Shown piece after piece: positions 39,146-49,498 of a stretch of 64,000 nt of DNA. How positions within the stretch are numbered: position 1 is the stretch's first letter; each line of letters opens with the position of its first letter. This stretch comes from an uncultured Chloroflexia bacterium. GTDB taxonomy: Bacteria > Chloroflexota > Limnocylindria > Limnocylindrales > CSP1-4. A program made the translations under genes and the position numbers. Under the pieces are notes generated by a model. It was not told where the DNA came from. It saw nothing but the letters and a program-made list of their open reading frames with translations, and did no database searches. Location of the stretch: the NCBI GenBank assembly GCA_963742075.1, contig CAVUKR010000010.1:24572-88571 (forward strand). Reading direction: 5' to 3'.

Positions 39146-40468
39146 TCAGGCCCCCGGCGGCAGCTCGCGCTGGGCGGCCAGCGCCACCTCGAGCGGATCG
39201 ATCGCGCCGAGGCCAGCGACCCCGGCGGGCAGGACGAGCAGGTGGCGCACCGGCGATGACCACAGGACGGCCGCCCCCACCAACCCGCCGACCGGGGCCA
39301 GCCAGGCCGTCGCCCGCACGCCGATCACCTCGCCGAGGATCCCGGCGACGAGCGTCGCCGCGAGCTGGGCGATGACCGCCGCGACGTGGAAGGTGGACGT
39401 GACGCGCCCGAGAGCACGATCGCGGACGAGTGTCTGCCGGACCGAGACCTCGGTGATGTCGTAGACGGTCGCTGCCGAGTCCCCGACGATCTGGGCCATC
39501 ACGAGACAGCCGATGGCGACGATCGGCAACCCGGCCGGCGCGATCGGGATGAACGCGTTCCCGAGCGAGGTCAGCAGCAACGCGGCGATCGCCACCGGAC
39601 CGATCCCCCAGCGTCGCGTCGCGCGGGTCGCCACGACCGCTCCGACGAACCCCGAGACACCCCCGACCGCGGCGATGACCCCGAGGACCGCGGCGCTGAT
39701 GTGGAGGTCCTCGAGGACGAACAGGAACCAGACCGCACCGAACACGCCGAACATCGCCGCCAGCGACATCTGGGCGAAGGCGAACGCCCGAAGCACGGGA
39801 TCGTGACGGACCAGCCGGAGGCCCTCGCGGATCTCGGCCAGCACCGGCTCGCGATCCGCCGCGGGCGGTGGGGGCGCTTCGGGCTGCCGGATGGTCGCCA
39901 GCAGGATGGCGGACACCACGTACGTCACCGAGTCGATCGCGATGGCGATCGGTGCCGTGAGCAGCTGCACGAGGAAGCCGGTGATGCCGAAGGCCGCGAA
40001 CTCCGAGACCGAGCCGCTCGCCGACAGGGCCGCGTTCGCGTCGACCAGCCGGTCCCGCTCGACGATCGTCGGGAGATAGGCCGTGTCGGCCGAATCGAAG
40101 AACGTGGTCAGGACGGCAGTCAGCGCGGAGACGACGAGGAGCTGCCAGAACGCGAGCACCCCGAGCGCGAATGCGAGCGGGATCGAGGCGAGCAGGGCCG
40201 CGCGCCCGAGGTCCGCCCAGATGAGCACCGGCCGTCGGCGCAGCCGGTCGACCCAGGCGCCCGCGACGAGGCCGAAGACGAGCGCGGCGACGAGATCGAC
40301 GCTTCGCAGCAGCGCGACCTCGATAGCACCCGAGCCGAGCACGAGGATGGCGGCGAACGGCAGTGCCAGACGGGTGATCAGCGACCCGAAGATCGAGATC
40401 GTCGCCGCGGCCCAGACGCGCCGGAACGCGCTGTTGCGCCAGAGCGGGGAGGCGAACGGGTTGCGCAC
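39146..40468 (-). CDS. MFS transporter (MFS_3 / secretion-effector type)
   Basis: AFRRVW, motif A AGAWVDRLRRR, 12 TM helices, LGRVTS; TATGCT hexamer 8 nt before the GTG. Confidence 0.88.
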   Translation of the reverse strand: MRNPFASPLWRNSAFRRVWAAATISIFGSLITRLALPFAAILVLGSGAIEVALLRSVDLVAALVFGLVAGAWVDRLRRRPVLIWADLGRAALLASIPLAFALGVLAFWQLLVVSALTAVLTTFFDSADTAYLPTIVERDRLVDANAALSASGSVSEFAAFGITGFLVQLLTAPIAIAIDSVTYVVSAILLATIRQPEAPPPPAADREPVLAEIREGLRLVRHDPVLRAFAFAQMSLAAMFGVFGAVWFLFVLEDLHISAAVLGVIAAVGGVSGFVGAVVATRATRRWGIGPVAIAALLLTSLGNAFIPIAPAGLPIVAIGCLVMAQIVGDSAATVYDITEVSVRQTLVRDRALGRVTSTFHVAAVIAQLAATLVAGILGEVIGVRATAWLAPVGGLVGAAVLWSSPVRHLLVLPAGVAGLGAIDPLEVALAAQRELPPGA

Positions 40469-40598
40469 GAGGGCGGAGCATAGTGCCCGGCGTAGGCCTG
40501 CGGTACACTCCCGCTACCCGGTGCGTCAGAACTCGCGCACCAACCCGGGTCGGCTGTGGCCGATCCGGCCCACCACCCGACGGAGCCCGTCCAGGACC

Positions 40599-41929
40599 AT
40601 GTTCGACACACTCAGCGACCGGTTGCGCAAGACGCTCGGCGGCCTGACCGGCCGCGGGCGGATCAGCGAAGCCGACGTCGACGCTGCCATGCGTGAGGTC
40701 CGCCTGGCGCTGCTCGAGGCGGACGTCAACTTCAAGGTCGTCAAGGACTTCGTCGCGCGCGTTCGCGAGAAGGCGATCGGCCACGACGTCCTCGACAGCC
40801 TGTCGGCCGGCCAGCAGGTGGTCAAGATCGTCAACGACGAACTCGTCGCGCTCCTGTCGGCGGGCGACCGGACCTTCCACCTGTCGGGCAACCCGGCGGT
40901 CGTGGCCATGGTCGGGCTGCAGGGCTCGGGCAAGACCACCTCGACCGCGAAGCTCGCGCGCCACGTCGTCAAGCTCGGTCGGCGGCCGCTGCTCGTGGCG
41001 GCGGACCCGTACCGTCCAGCCGCCGCGGACCAGCTCGAGACCCTCGGCCGGAGCCTCGATATCCCGGTCTATCGCGCGCCGGTGGGCACCGCGGTCGTCG
41101 ACATCGTGCGTGGCGGCGTCGAGGCAGCGCGGCGCCAGGTCCGCGACGTGGTCATCCTCGATACCGCCGGCCGGCTGTCGGTCGACGAGGCGCTGATGGC
41201 CGAGATCGTGCCGTCGACGCAGCCGTCCACCCGGTCGAGACGCTCCTCGTCGTCGACGCGATGACCGGCCAGGAGGCCGTCGCGGTCGCCCAGGCCTTCG
41301 TCGCGGCGGTCCCGGTCAGCGGGCTGATCCTGACCAAGATCGACGGCGACGCGCGCGGCGGTGCGGCCCTGTCGATCTCGGCGGTCACCGGCGTCCCGGT
41401 CAAGTTCCTCGGGACCGGCGAGAAGACCGACGCGCTCGAGGTCTTCCACCCCGATCGGCTCGCCGGGCGGATCCTCGGGATGGGCGACATCCTGACGCTC
41501 GTCGAACGGGCCCAGGAGCATGTCGACCAGAAGCAGGCCGCGCAACTCGAGGAGAAGATGCGCAAGGGCGCATTCACCCTCGACGACATGCTCGATTCGA
41601 TGCAGCAGATGCAGAAGATGGGTCCCCTCGGCCAGGTGATGTCGATGATCCCGGGGATGGGCAACCTGGCCGGCGAGGCGCAGGCCGCGGTCGATCGCGG
41701 CGATCTCAAGCGGACGGAGGCGATCATCCGGGCCATGACCCGGAGCGAGCGCCGCGACCCGACGATCCTCAACAGCTCTCGCCGGCGTCGGATCGCCGCC
41801 GGCTCCGGGACGACCCTGCCGGACGTCAACCGTCTGGTGAAGCAATTCCTCGAGATGCAGAAACTCATGAAGCAGCTCTCCGGCGGCGGCAAGCGGGCGG
41901 CCATCGGCGCGTTGACGGGCCGGCGATGA
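40599..41929 (+). CDS. ffh: Signal recognition particle protein (frameshift near 41207)
   Basis: MFDTLSDRL, EADVNFKVVK, GLQGSGKTT, DTAGR; then DAMTGQ, TKIDGDARGG, FHPDRLAGRILGMGD and the M domain in the next frame. Confidence 0.95.
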
Positions 41930-41948
41930 GCCGGCGAAGGGGACCACG

Positions 41949-43895
41949 ATGACCGACGACCTCGAACCCACCCAGGACCCGGCGTCCGCGACGCCGACCG
42001 ACCCGACGACGCGCGTCGAGACGCCGACAGCGCCGACGCCGCCGAGCGCGCCCTTGACCCCGGCCGCTCGCGAGAACGCCATGCCGACGAACGACGACCA
42101 CCACGTCGCCTGGGCGGCCGTCGCCCCCGCGGCGCCGGTGGTCTCGACGACGCCGCGACGGCGACGCAGCAGGCTCCGCTGGGCGGTCAGCATCGCGGTC
42201 GTCGCGCTCATCATCGCCACCACCGCCGCGGTCGCCGCGATCATCACCGGCCGGTCGTCGGACGCCACCGTGCTCGGCTATGTCCCGGGGCAGACGACGG
42301 TGTACGCCGAGGTCCGCCTCGACCTGCCGGGCGACCAGCGTCGGGCCGTCGGCGAGTTCCTCTCGAAGTTCCCGGGATTCGCGGACCAGACCGCGCTCGA
42401 GAGCAAGCTTGACCAGGTCCTCGACGATCTCGTCAAGAACGCCACCAACGGCAGCCAGACGTACACGACCGACATCAAGCCGTGGTTCGGCGGCGAGCTC
42501 GCCGCCAGCCTCGGGCCGCTTCCGCCCGCCACGGCCCTCTCCGGCAGCGACCCGTCTGCCATGGGGTCGTTCAGGGCGCTCGCCCTGCTCTCGGTCACGG
42601 ATCCGACCGCCGCTCAGGCCTGGTTCGACGCCGCGATCGCGAAGACCGGGGCCAAGACCACCACGGAGTCGTACGACGGGGCAACCCTCACCCTGTTCGA
42701 AAAGACCGGCGGAGCTCAGCCCGCCTTCGCGATCGTCGATGGCAAGGTCGCGGTCGCCGGCGACCTCGTCTCGGTCAAGGCGGCGATCGACACCAAGGGA
42801 ACTGGCGGCTTCTCCAAGGAGCCCGGGCCCAACGCCGCCCTGTCCGCGTTCGACCGTGACCACGTCGGCTTCGCCTACGTCGCCCTCGGGCAGTTGCTCG
42901 ACTGGTCGAGCGCCCTGACGAAGACCTTGACCCCGGCGGCCGGCGGGACCGGCACGCCGACCCTCAGCGCTTCGCTGCAGAAGGCCATCCCGGACTGGGG
43001 CGCGTATTCGCTCCGCTTCGAGAGCGACGCCGTGGTGATGGAGGCGGCCGCACCTGTGCCCGAGACCCGGATCGGTCCGACCGAGAACCGGCGCTCGCCG
43101 ATCGACGAGCACATCCCGGGGGACGCCCTCGTGGCGTCGATCTCGCATGACCTCGGTGCCACCCTCAAGCAGGGTCTCGCGCTGTATGGCTCCGAGCCAT
43201 CGCTCAAGCAGCTCTACGACACGGTCGACCAGGCACTCGGCCTCATCGGCGGGGCGGACGCCGCGTTCGGCTGGGCCGGCGACAGCGCGGTCGTCGTGAC
43301 CACCTCGGACGGGACCCCGGCAGGGGGCGTGGTCGTGATCCCGAGCGACAAGGCGGCGGCCGATCACCTGTTCACCGCGCTGCGCTCGTTCATCGCGCTC
43401 GGCGGGGCGCAGCAGGGCATCACCGTCCGCGACGAGCCCTACAACGGAACGACGATCACGATCGTCGACCTCGGCGACATCAGCAAGCTGGCCGGGATGG
43501 CCGGCGCCGCCGCGAGCGCGGCTCTGCCGACCCTGCCGAACGGTCACGTCGAGATCGCCTATGCCGTGACGGACCAGGTCGTGGTGGTCGGCTCGGGATC
43601 CGCCTTCGTCAAGCACGTGCTCGACACGACGAAGGGCACCTCGCTCGCCTCGAACGATCGCTACACGTCGCTGGCCGGCCGTGCCGCTAACGGCACCAGC
43701 TCGAGCTGGGTCGACATCACCGCGATCCGCGGCCTGATCGAAAAGGCCGCGGTCGGGGCCGGTGCCGACGCCGCGGCAGTCGCCAGGTACCAGACCGACA
43801 TCAAGCCGTTCCTCGCCCCGTTCGATGCGATGTACGCGTCGAGCTCGACCGGGAACGACCTGAGCCGTTCCGTCATCTACGTCACCGTCAAGTAG
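41949..43895 (+). CDS. Membrane-anchored extracytoplasmic protein, DUF3352-like
   Basis: Pro/Thr-rich N-terminus, RRRRSR followed by a TM helix, large domain with DIKPWFGGE and LAFDxVGFAY-like segments; family call from recall. Confidence 0.6.
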   Translation: MTDDLEPTQDPASATPTDPTTRVETPTAPTPPSAPLTPAARENAMPTNDDHHVAWAAVAPAAPVVSTTPRRRRSRLRWAVSIAVVALIIATTAAVAAIITGRSSDATVLGYVPGQTTVYAEVRLDLPGDQRRAVGEFLSKFPGFADQTALESKLDQVLDDLVKNATNGSQTYTTDIKPWFGGELAASLGPLPPATALSGSDPSAMGSFRALALLSVTDPTAAQAWFDAAIAKTGAKTTTESYDGATLTLFEKTGGAQPAFAIVDGKVAVAGDLVSVKAAIDTKGTGGFSKEPGPNAALSAFDRDHVGFAYVALGQLLDWSSALTKTLTPAAGGTGTPTLSASLQKAIPDWGAYSLRFESDAVVMEAAAPVPETRIGPTENRRSPIDEHIPGDALVASISHDLGATLKQGLALYGSEPSLKQLYDTVDQALGLIGGADAAFGWAGDSAVVVTTSDGTPAGGVVVIPSDKAAADHLFTALRSFIALGGAQQGITVRDEPYNGTTITIVDLGDISKLAGMAGAAASAALPTLPNGHVEIAYAVTDQVVVVGSGSAFVKHVLDTTKGTSLASNDRYTSLAGRAANGTSSSWVDITAIRGLIEKAAVGAGADAAAVARYQTDIKPFLAPFDAMYASSSTGNDLSRSVIYVTVK

Positions 43896-43916
43896 CGGGA
43901 CGCATCCAGCGTCCCG
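43896..43916 (+). terminator. GC-rich hairpin CGGGACGC-ATCCA-GCGTCCCG without U-tract
   Basis: Perfect 8-bp inverted repeat directly after the stop of the upstream gene. Confidence 0.4.
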
Positions 43917-43942
43917 GCCCCAGAGGAGGAAGACCACCAGTC

Positions 43943-44197
43943 ATGGCAGTCCGCATCAGGCTGACGCGCGTCGGCGCGACCAAGCAGCCGACCTACCGGG
44001 TCGTCGTCGCCGACGGCCGCAGTGCCCGCGATGGGCGCGCGATCGAGATCATCGGGCACTACAACCCGCGCACGGAGCCGGTCGAGTTCGTCGTCGACGC
44101 CGATAAGGCGAAGGCGTGGATCGCCAAGGGCGCCCAACCGTCGGACACGGTCCTGCGGCTCTTCCGCAACGCGGGCATCGTGCCCGCAGCCAAGTAG
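43943..44197 (+). CDS. rpsP: 30S ribosomal protein S16
   Basis: [31 protein letters not shown]. Confidence 0.97.
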   Translation: MAVRIRLTRVGATKQPTYRVVVADGRSARDGRAIEIIGHYNPRTEPVEFVVDADKAKAWIAKGAQPSDTVLRLFRNAGIVPAAK

Positions 44198-44208
44198 AGG
44201 TCGCGAGC

Positions 44209-44442
44209 ATGGCAGCCAAGGATCTGGTCGAATACGTCGCCAAGTCGCTGGTCGACGACCCGTCCGCCGTGACCGTCGAGGTCGTCGAGGAGGATGGCGC
44301 CACCGTCATCGAGCTGCACGTCGCGGAGGACGACATGGGCAAGGTGATCGGGCGCAACGGCAGCGTCGCCAAGGCGCTCCGGACTCTGCTCAAGGTGACC
44401 GCGGCGCGCGACGGCGAGCCGGTCCAGCTCGAGATCCTCTGA
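44209..44442 (+). CDS. khpA: KH-domain RNA-binding protein
   Basis: LVEYVAKSLVDDP, DMGKVIGRNG, ALRTLL. Confidence 0.92.
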   Translation: MAAKDLVEYVAKSLVDDPSAVTVEVVEEDGATVIELHVAEDDMGKVIGRNGSVAKALRTLLKVTAARDGEPVQLEIL

Positions 44443-45062
44443 GCCTCGACGAGCGGCTGGTGGTCGCCCTGGTCCGGGGCGTCCACGGGCTCCGCGGTGC
44501 TGTCCGTGCCGAGGTCCTCACCGATCGGCCGGGGGAGCGGTTCACGTCCGGTGCCGTCCTCTTCCGCGAGGGCGATGACCGGCCATTGACGATCGCGTCG
44601 GCCGAGGCCGTCGCCGACGGGCCCGGTTGGCGGATCCGGTTCGAGGAGGTCACGACCCGCGACGCCGCCGACGCGCTGCGCGGTGCGTATCTCGAAGCGG
44701 TCGTCCGCGCGGACGAGGACCTCGCCCGCGGCAGCTACTACTGGCACGAGGTCATCGGCTGTGCCGTCCGCGGCGTCGACGGGGCCGAGCTCGGCACCGT
44801 GCGCGATATCTATCGCATCGGCGAGACCGAGGTCTTCACGGTCGAGGGCGGGCCGTTTGGCAGCTTCGACCTGCCGGCCGTCCGCGCCTTCATCCGGATC
44901 TTCGCCCCGCTCCGTGGCGAGATCGTCGTCGATGCCGAGTCACTCGACCTGCGCGCGCCGCGTTCGCGCGAGCCGGACCCGGACCGACCGAAGGCACCCC
45001 GCCGCCGGACACGGAGCAAGACGGCGCCGCCTGCCGAGCCACCGGCCGAGCCACCGGCATGA
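44439..45062 (+). CDS. rimM: Ribosome maturation factor RimM (apparent CTG start; alternative GTG at 44460)
   Basis: [19 protein letters not shown] barrel; lies between khpA and trmD. Confidence 0.9.
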   Translation: MSLDERLVVALVRGVHGLRGAVRAEVLTDRPGERFTSGAVLFREGDDRPLTIASAEAVADGPGWRIRFEEVTTRDAADALRGAYLEAVVRADEDLARGSYYWHEVIGCAVRGVDGAELGTVRDIYRIGETEVFTVEGGPFGSFDLPAVRAFIRIFAPLRGEIVVDAESLDLRAPRSREPDPDRPKAPRRRTRSKTAPPAEPPAEPPA

Positions 45063-45733
45063 CCCTTGAGATCGACATCCTGACGCTCTTCCCCGCGATG
45101 TTCGCGGGGCCGCTGACCGAGAGCATCCCGGGGCGGATCCAGGCGCAGGGCCTGGCATCGATCCGCGTCCACGACCTGCGCGACTGGGGGCTCGGCCGCC
45201 ACCGCTCGGTCGACGACGCCCCGTACGGCGGGGGAGCGGGGATGATCCTCCGGCCCGAGCCGGCGGCCGCGGCGATCGACGCGCTGCGGCGCCCGGAGTC
45301 GCTCGCGATCCTGCTCGATCCGGTCGGCGAGGTCTTCCGCCAGGCACGGGCCGCGGACCTCGCGGCGCGATCGCATCTCATCTTCCTGTGCCCGCGCTAC
45401 GAGGGCGTCGACGAGCGTATCCGCTCGCTGGTCGACCTCGAGCTCTCGATCGGCGACTACGTGCTGACCGGGGGCGAACTGCCGGCGCTCGTCGTCATCG
45501 ATGCCGTGATCCGATTGCTGCCGGGCGCGATCGAGGCCGCGTCGGTCGCCGACGAATCCTTCTCGGCCGGGTTGCTCGAGTACCCGCAGTACACACGCCC
45601 CGCGGTCTTCCGCGGGATGGACGTGCCGGCGATCCTGACCTCGGGCGACCACGCCGCGGTCGATCGCTGGCGGCGCGAGCAGGCAGTCGAGCGGACGCGG
45701 TCCCGCCGGCCGGACCTCGGGCCCACGGACTGA
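45059..45733 (+). CDS. trmD: tRNA (guanine-N1) methyltransferase
   Basis: [51 protein letters not shown]. Confidence 0.97.
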   Translation: MTLEIDILTLFPAMFAGPLTESIPGRIQAQGLASIRVHDLRDWGLGRHRSVDDAPYGGGAGMILRPEPAAAAIDALRRPESLAILLDPVGEVFRQARAADLAARSHLIFLCPRYEGVDERIRSLVDLELSIGDYVLTGGELPALVVIDAVIRLLPGAIEAASVADESFSAGLLEYPQYTRPAVFRGMDVPAILTSGDHAAVDRWRREQAVERTRSRRPDLGPTD

Positions 45734-45748
45734 CGCGCCGCGAGGCCG

Positions 45749-45757
45749 TGCTATACT
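45749..45757 (+). promoter_or_regulatory. Extended -10 promoter for rplS (TG-C-TATACT)
   Basis: TGnTATACT about 80 nt upstream of the rplS start. Confidence 0.6.
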
Positions 45758-45835
45758 CCGCCGCCGACGCCCGTCCGCGTCCCTTCCGAACACCCACCGC
45801 AGCCACGGCTGCCCAGATGAGTCAGGAACCGCCCC

Positions 45836-46186
45836 GTGACCGTGCTCGACGAGATCGTCCAGGACCAGCTTCGCACCGACCTTCCTGAACTTGCCACGGG
45901 TGACACCGTGAAGGTGTCGGCCAAGGTCGTCGAGGGGAACCGCGAGCGCATCCAGGTCTTCGAAGGGACCATCATGCGGCTGCGCGGCGGCGGGATCACC
46001 CGCTCGATCACCGTTCGCCGGATCGCCTCGGGCGTCGGCGTCGAGCGCACCTTCAAGATCAACAGCCCGCGCATCGAGAAGATCGAGGTCGTGCGCCATG
46101 GGGTCGCCCGGCGTGCACAGCTCTACTTCCTGCGCGATCGGGTCGGCAAGGCTGCAACGCTGCGCGAGCGCCGGACCAACAGCTGA
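45836..46186 (+). CDS. rplS: 50S ribosomal protein L19
   Basis: [38 protein letters not shown]. Confidence 0.97.
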   Translation: MTVLDEIVQDQLRTDLPELATGDTVKVSAKVVEGNRERIQVFEGTIMRLRGGGITRSITVRRIASGVGVERTFKINSPRIEKIEVVRHGVARRAQLYFLRDRVGKAATLRERRTNS

Positions 46187-46275
46187 GGACCGGCGCCGAG
46201 CGCGCCGATCCCAACCGAGACCGACCCGACCCCGCCCGCCGGCGGGGTCGCTCGATTCCGGTAGGCTAACGGTCG

Positions 46276-47052
46276 ATGGCTCCCATCGTCCCGACCCTTC
46301 GCCACGAGCGCCGCCTCTGGAACGACGGCCTCGTCCGGGTCGTCGGCGTCGACGAGGTCGGGGTGGCGCCGACCTGCGGGGCCGTCGTCGCGGCCGCGGT
46401 GATCATGCGACCCGGCTGCCACCGGATCCCGGGCGTCCGCGATTCGAAGACGCTGTCGGCCGCGCAGCGCGAACGCCTGGCACCGGTCATCCGCTCGCGG
46501 GCGGTCGCCGTCGGCGTCGGCGCGGCGTCCGTCCGCGAGATCGACCAGCTCAACATCTACCACGCCACGCATCTCGCGATGCGCCGCGCGATCGTGCGGG
46601 TCGGCGGACACGAGCACGTCCTGGTCGATGGCAACCGGATCGCAGGGTTCGAGGCCCAGGTCGGGCCGTACACGAACATCGTGGACGGCGACGCCAAGGT
46701 CTACTCGATCGCGTGCGCCTCCGTGGTGGCGAAGGTCGTCCGCGATCGGATGATGGAGCTGCTGGCAGTCCGCTATCCCGGCTACGGCTGGGACCGCAAC
46801 CAGGGCTACGCGACGCTGGAGCATCGGATGGCGATCCGCCGCCTCGGCCTGACGCCGTTCCATCGGCGATCGTTCCTGGCGCTCCAGCGGACCCTCGCCG
46901 GCGACCAGCTCGAGCTCGACCTTCTGGCCGATCCCGCCGCCTCTATCGAGACGCACGAGCTGCTGGCCCGCGAGCTCGTGCCGGTCATGTCCGACGACGC
47001 CATGCTCGACGCCCTCGACCTCGCGACGCTGGAACTGACCGGTCCTGTCTGA
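46276..47052 (+). CDS. rnhB: Ribonuclease HII with variant N-terminal motif
   Basis: GVDEVG, DSKTLS, VDGN, DGDA, SIACASVVAKVVRD, YPGYG, GY, HRRSF; located after rplS. Confidence 0.92.
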   Translation: MAPIVPTLRHERRLWNDGLVRVVGVDEVGVAPTCGAVVAAAVIMRPGCHRIPGVRDSKTLSAAQRERLAPVIRSRAVAVGVGAASVREIDQLNIYHATHLAMRRAIVRVGGHEHVLVDGNRIAGFEAQVGPYTNIVDGDAKVYSIACASVVAKVVRDRMMELLAVRYPGYGWDRNQGYATLEHRMAIRRLGLTPFHRRSFLALQRTLAGDQLELDLLADPAASIETHELLARELVPVMSDDAMLDALDLATLELTGPV

Positions 47053-47154
47053 CGCGGTCGGGGCGAGTCGGGCTGTCCGCGAGGCGCGCCCGCCAGACCA
47101 TCGCCGCCCCGGCCGATACGTGGCGGATAAGCCTCGCCTGCAACCATCCCGGCC

Positions 47155-47553
47155 ATGGCGGATCAGCCAGGCAAATCGGTGCGAACGATGGCCCAGCAGG
47201 CGGGTGATGCCGCCGAGGCGCTCGTCGCGTCGCGTCTCGCGGACGCGGGTTGGACCGTCGTGGCCCGGAACGTCCATGTCGGTCGCCACGAGATCGACCT
47301 CGTGGCGATCGACCCGGGTCCACCAACAGCGCTCGTCGTGATCGAGGTGCGCTGGCGGGCGGACCGCTCTTTCGGCCTGCCCGAGGAGACCGTCGATCAC
47401 CGGAAGCGGGCGCGCGTGCGCGCCGCGGCATACGGCCTGCTCGATCGGGGATCGCTGCCGAACGGCGAGCCGCTGCCGCGACTGCCGTTGCGGTTCGACC
47501 TGGTGGTGGTCGAGCCGGGGGGTCGGGTCCGGCACCACCGGCACGCCATGTGA
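47155..47553 (+). CDS. yraN: YraN family (UPF0102) nuclease-like protein
   Basis: GDAAE, ARNV, HEIDLVA, IEVRWR, PEETVD, RFDLV. Confidence 0.88.
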   Translation: MADQPGKSVRTMAQQAGDAAEALVASRLADAGWTVVARNVHVGRHEIDLVAIDPGPPTALVVIEVRWRADRSFGLPEETVDHRKRARVRAAAYGLLDRGSLPNGEPLPRLPLRFDLVVVEPGGRVRHHRHAM

Positions 47554-47721
47554 GGTCCAGGCGGCCGGTCTTCGTCCCACCGCGCTGGCAGGCTCGGTCC
47601 AGAGACGACGAGACGGGCCCGCGATCAGTCGCTGGGCGCGGCCGTGCTACACTCCCGCCCGGTCCGGGGCATGATCCCGAGCCACCAGACAGATCCGACG
47701 CCCACGTCACCAGGCGTGGAG

Positions 47722-47802
47722 CACACACGCGGACCGTTCCGACCGGGACGGTGCCGGCAAGGGCGAAGGCCCGCCGGCCCCCGGCGACGAGGTCCGCGGA
47801 GG
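47722..47802 (+). ncRNA. rpsB 5' leader (S2-binding, t44-like cis-regulatory RNA)
   Basis: CACACACGC, stem CGCGGACC (47728-47735)/GGTCCGCG (47791-47798), internal GGTGCC, then GAGG; extended -10 TG-C-TACACT at 47645-47653. Confidence 0.75.
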
Positions 47803-47827
47803 AACGAACCGACAGGAGGTCGCCACC

Positions 47828-48811
47828 GTGCCGTCCGTTTCGATGCGGCAGCTGCTCGAGGCCGGAGTCCACTTCGGCCATCAGACCCGGCGCTGGAACC
47901 CCAAGATGAAGCCGTTCATCTTCGCCGAGCGCAACGGGATCCACATCATCGACCTGGCGCAGACCGTCCAGCGCCTCGATATCGCGCTCGAGTTCGTGCG
48001 TGAGACGGTCGCCCGCGGTGACCAGGTCCTGTTCGTCGGCACCAAGAAGCAGGCCCAGGAGCCGGTCGCCCAGGAGGCGACGCGCGCCAACCAGCCGTAT
48101 GTCAACAAGCGCTGGCTCGGCGGGATGCTCACCAACTTCGTGACCATCAAGAAGCGGATCGGCCTGCTCGAGCAGCTCGAGGCCCGCCAGGCGAACGGCG
48201 ATTTCGAGCGGATGACCAAGAAGGAAGCGGCCAAGCTGACCGAGGAGATGGTCAAGCTCCAGGGGACGCTCGGTGGGATGCGCAAGATGAAGCGCTTGCC
48301 GGGCGCCATCTTCATCGTCGACCCGCACCGCGAGCGGATCGGGGTGACCGAGGCGAACAAGCTCGAGATCCCGGTCGTCGGGACCGGTGACACGAACGTC
48401 GACCCGGACGAGCTCGACTACATCATCCCGGCCAACGACGACGCGATCCGCGCCATCCGGCTGCTCTGCACGCTCGTGGCCGATGCCGCCATCGAAGGCG
48501 CCCGCGAGCGCTCGGCACGGAGCACCGAGCCCGACCAGGTCGAGGCGATGGCGATGCCCGAAGCCGAGGAGGAGGAAGTCCTGGGCGCCACCGACGAGCT
48601 CGTCGCGGCGCTCGCCGGCGGGGCCGCGCTCTCGTTCGAGCCCGATGCCGATGACGACGATCTGCTCCCCGGCGACCGCGTCGCGCGGGCCGAGGCGGCC
48701 GTCGCCGAGCCCCCGGCCGAGGCCTCGCCCGAGGAGATCGCGGCCGAACTCGCCCGCGAAGCGGCCGAGAAGAACGACGACGAGGCCGGCACGGCCGAAC
48801 CGGCGGGCTGA
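47828..48811 (+). CDS. rpsB: 30S ribosomal protein S2 with long acidic tail
   Basis: [50 protein letters not shown]. Confidence 0.98.
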   Translation: MPSVSMRQLLEAGVHFGHQTRRWNPKMKPFIFAERNGIHIIDLAQTVQRLDIALEFVRETVARGDQVLFVGTKKQAQEPVAQEATRANQPYVNKRWLGGMLTNFVTIKKRIGLLEQLEARQANGDFERMTKKEAAKLTEEMVKLQGTLGGMRKMKRLPGAIFIVDPHRERIGVTEANKLEIPVVGTGDTNVDPDELDYIIPANDDAIRAIRLLCTLVADAAIEGARERSARSTEPDQVEAMAMPEAEEEEVLGATDELVAALAGGAALSFEPDADDDDLLPGDRVARAEAAVAEPPAEASPEEIAAELAREAAEKNDDEAGTAEPAG

Positions 48812-48898
48812 GCAGCACCGGTCACCCCGGCACGGACCACGACCAGACCCAGAACGGCGAGCCGAGGCGGCCGCCGCGAGACAGGAGAACGAACAGGC

Positions 48899-49498
48899 AT
48901 GGCGGACATCTCGGCAGAACTCGTCAAGGAGCTTCGCGAACGGACCGGCGCCGGTTTCATGGACTGCAAGCGCGCCCTGACCGAGGCGGATGGCGACCTC
49001 GACAAGGCGACCGTGATCCTGCGTGAGCGGGGCCTGGCGGCCGCGGCCAAGAAGGCCGACCGTGACGCGCGCGAGGGCCTCGTCTCGAGCTACATCCACA
49101 CCGGCGGGCGCGTCGGCGTGCTGATCGAGGTCAACTGCGAGACCGACTTCGTCGCCCGCACGGACGAGTTCCAGAAGCTGGTCCGCGACCTGGCGGTCCA
49201 GGTCGCCGGCCTGGACCCGACCTACGTCGACGCGGACCACATCCCGGCCGATGTGCTCGAGGCCAAGCGGGCCGAGCTGCTCGCGGACGAGTCCGTCCAG
49301 AAGAAGCCGGACGCCATCCGCGGGCAGATCGTCGACGGCCAGTTGAAGAAGTGGTTCTCGCAGGTCTGCCTCTACGACCAGCCCTTCCGCGACGAGGAGC
49401 GGACCGTCCGCGAGCTGATCATCGAGCGGATCGCCACGATCGGCGAGAACATCCGCGTCCGCCGCTTCACGCGCTATGCACTCGGGGAGGAGCTGTGA
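48899..49498 (+). CDS. tsf: Elongation factor Ts (short form)
   Basis: [40 protein letters not shown]. Confidence 0.97.
   Translation: MADISAELVKELRERTGAGFMDCKRALTEADGDLDKATVILRERGLAAAAKKADRDAREGLVSSYIHTGGRVGVLIEVNCETDFVARTDEFQKLVRDLAVQVAGLDPTYVDADHIPADVLEAKRAELLADESVQKKPDAIRGQIVDGQLKKWFSQVCLYDQPFRDEERTVRELIIERIATIGENIRVRRFTRYALGEEL

Noticed and set aside
40500-40598. SRP RNA (ffs) next to ffh
   Set aside because: No helix-8 GNRA tetraloop with the CAGG/AGCA internal-loop signature.
41200-41225. Split ffh (NG and M domains in different frames)
   Set aside because: Ffh is essential; adding one base restores (A)AVDAAVHPVETLLVVDAMTGQ.
45030-45062. Short tandem repeats (GCCGAGCCACCG in the rimM tail; GAC runs in acidic tails) as CRISPR or contingency loci
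   Set aside because: In-frame low-complexity coding repeats with no spacers and no cas genes.
48899-49498. Short EF-Ts (199 aa) and short IF2 N-terminus as truncations
   Set aside because: Both are known natural forms in several phyla and have intact SD, start and motifs.
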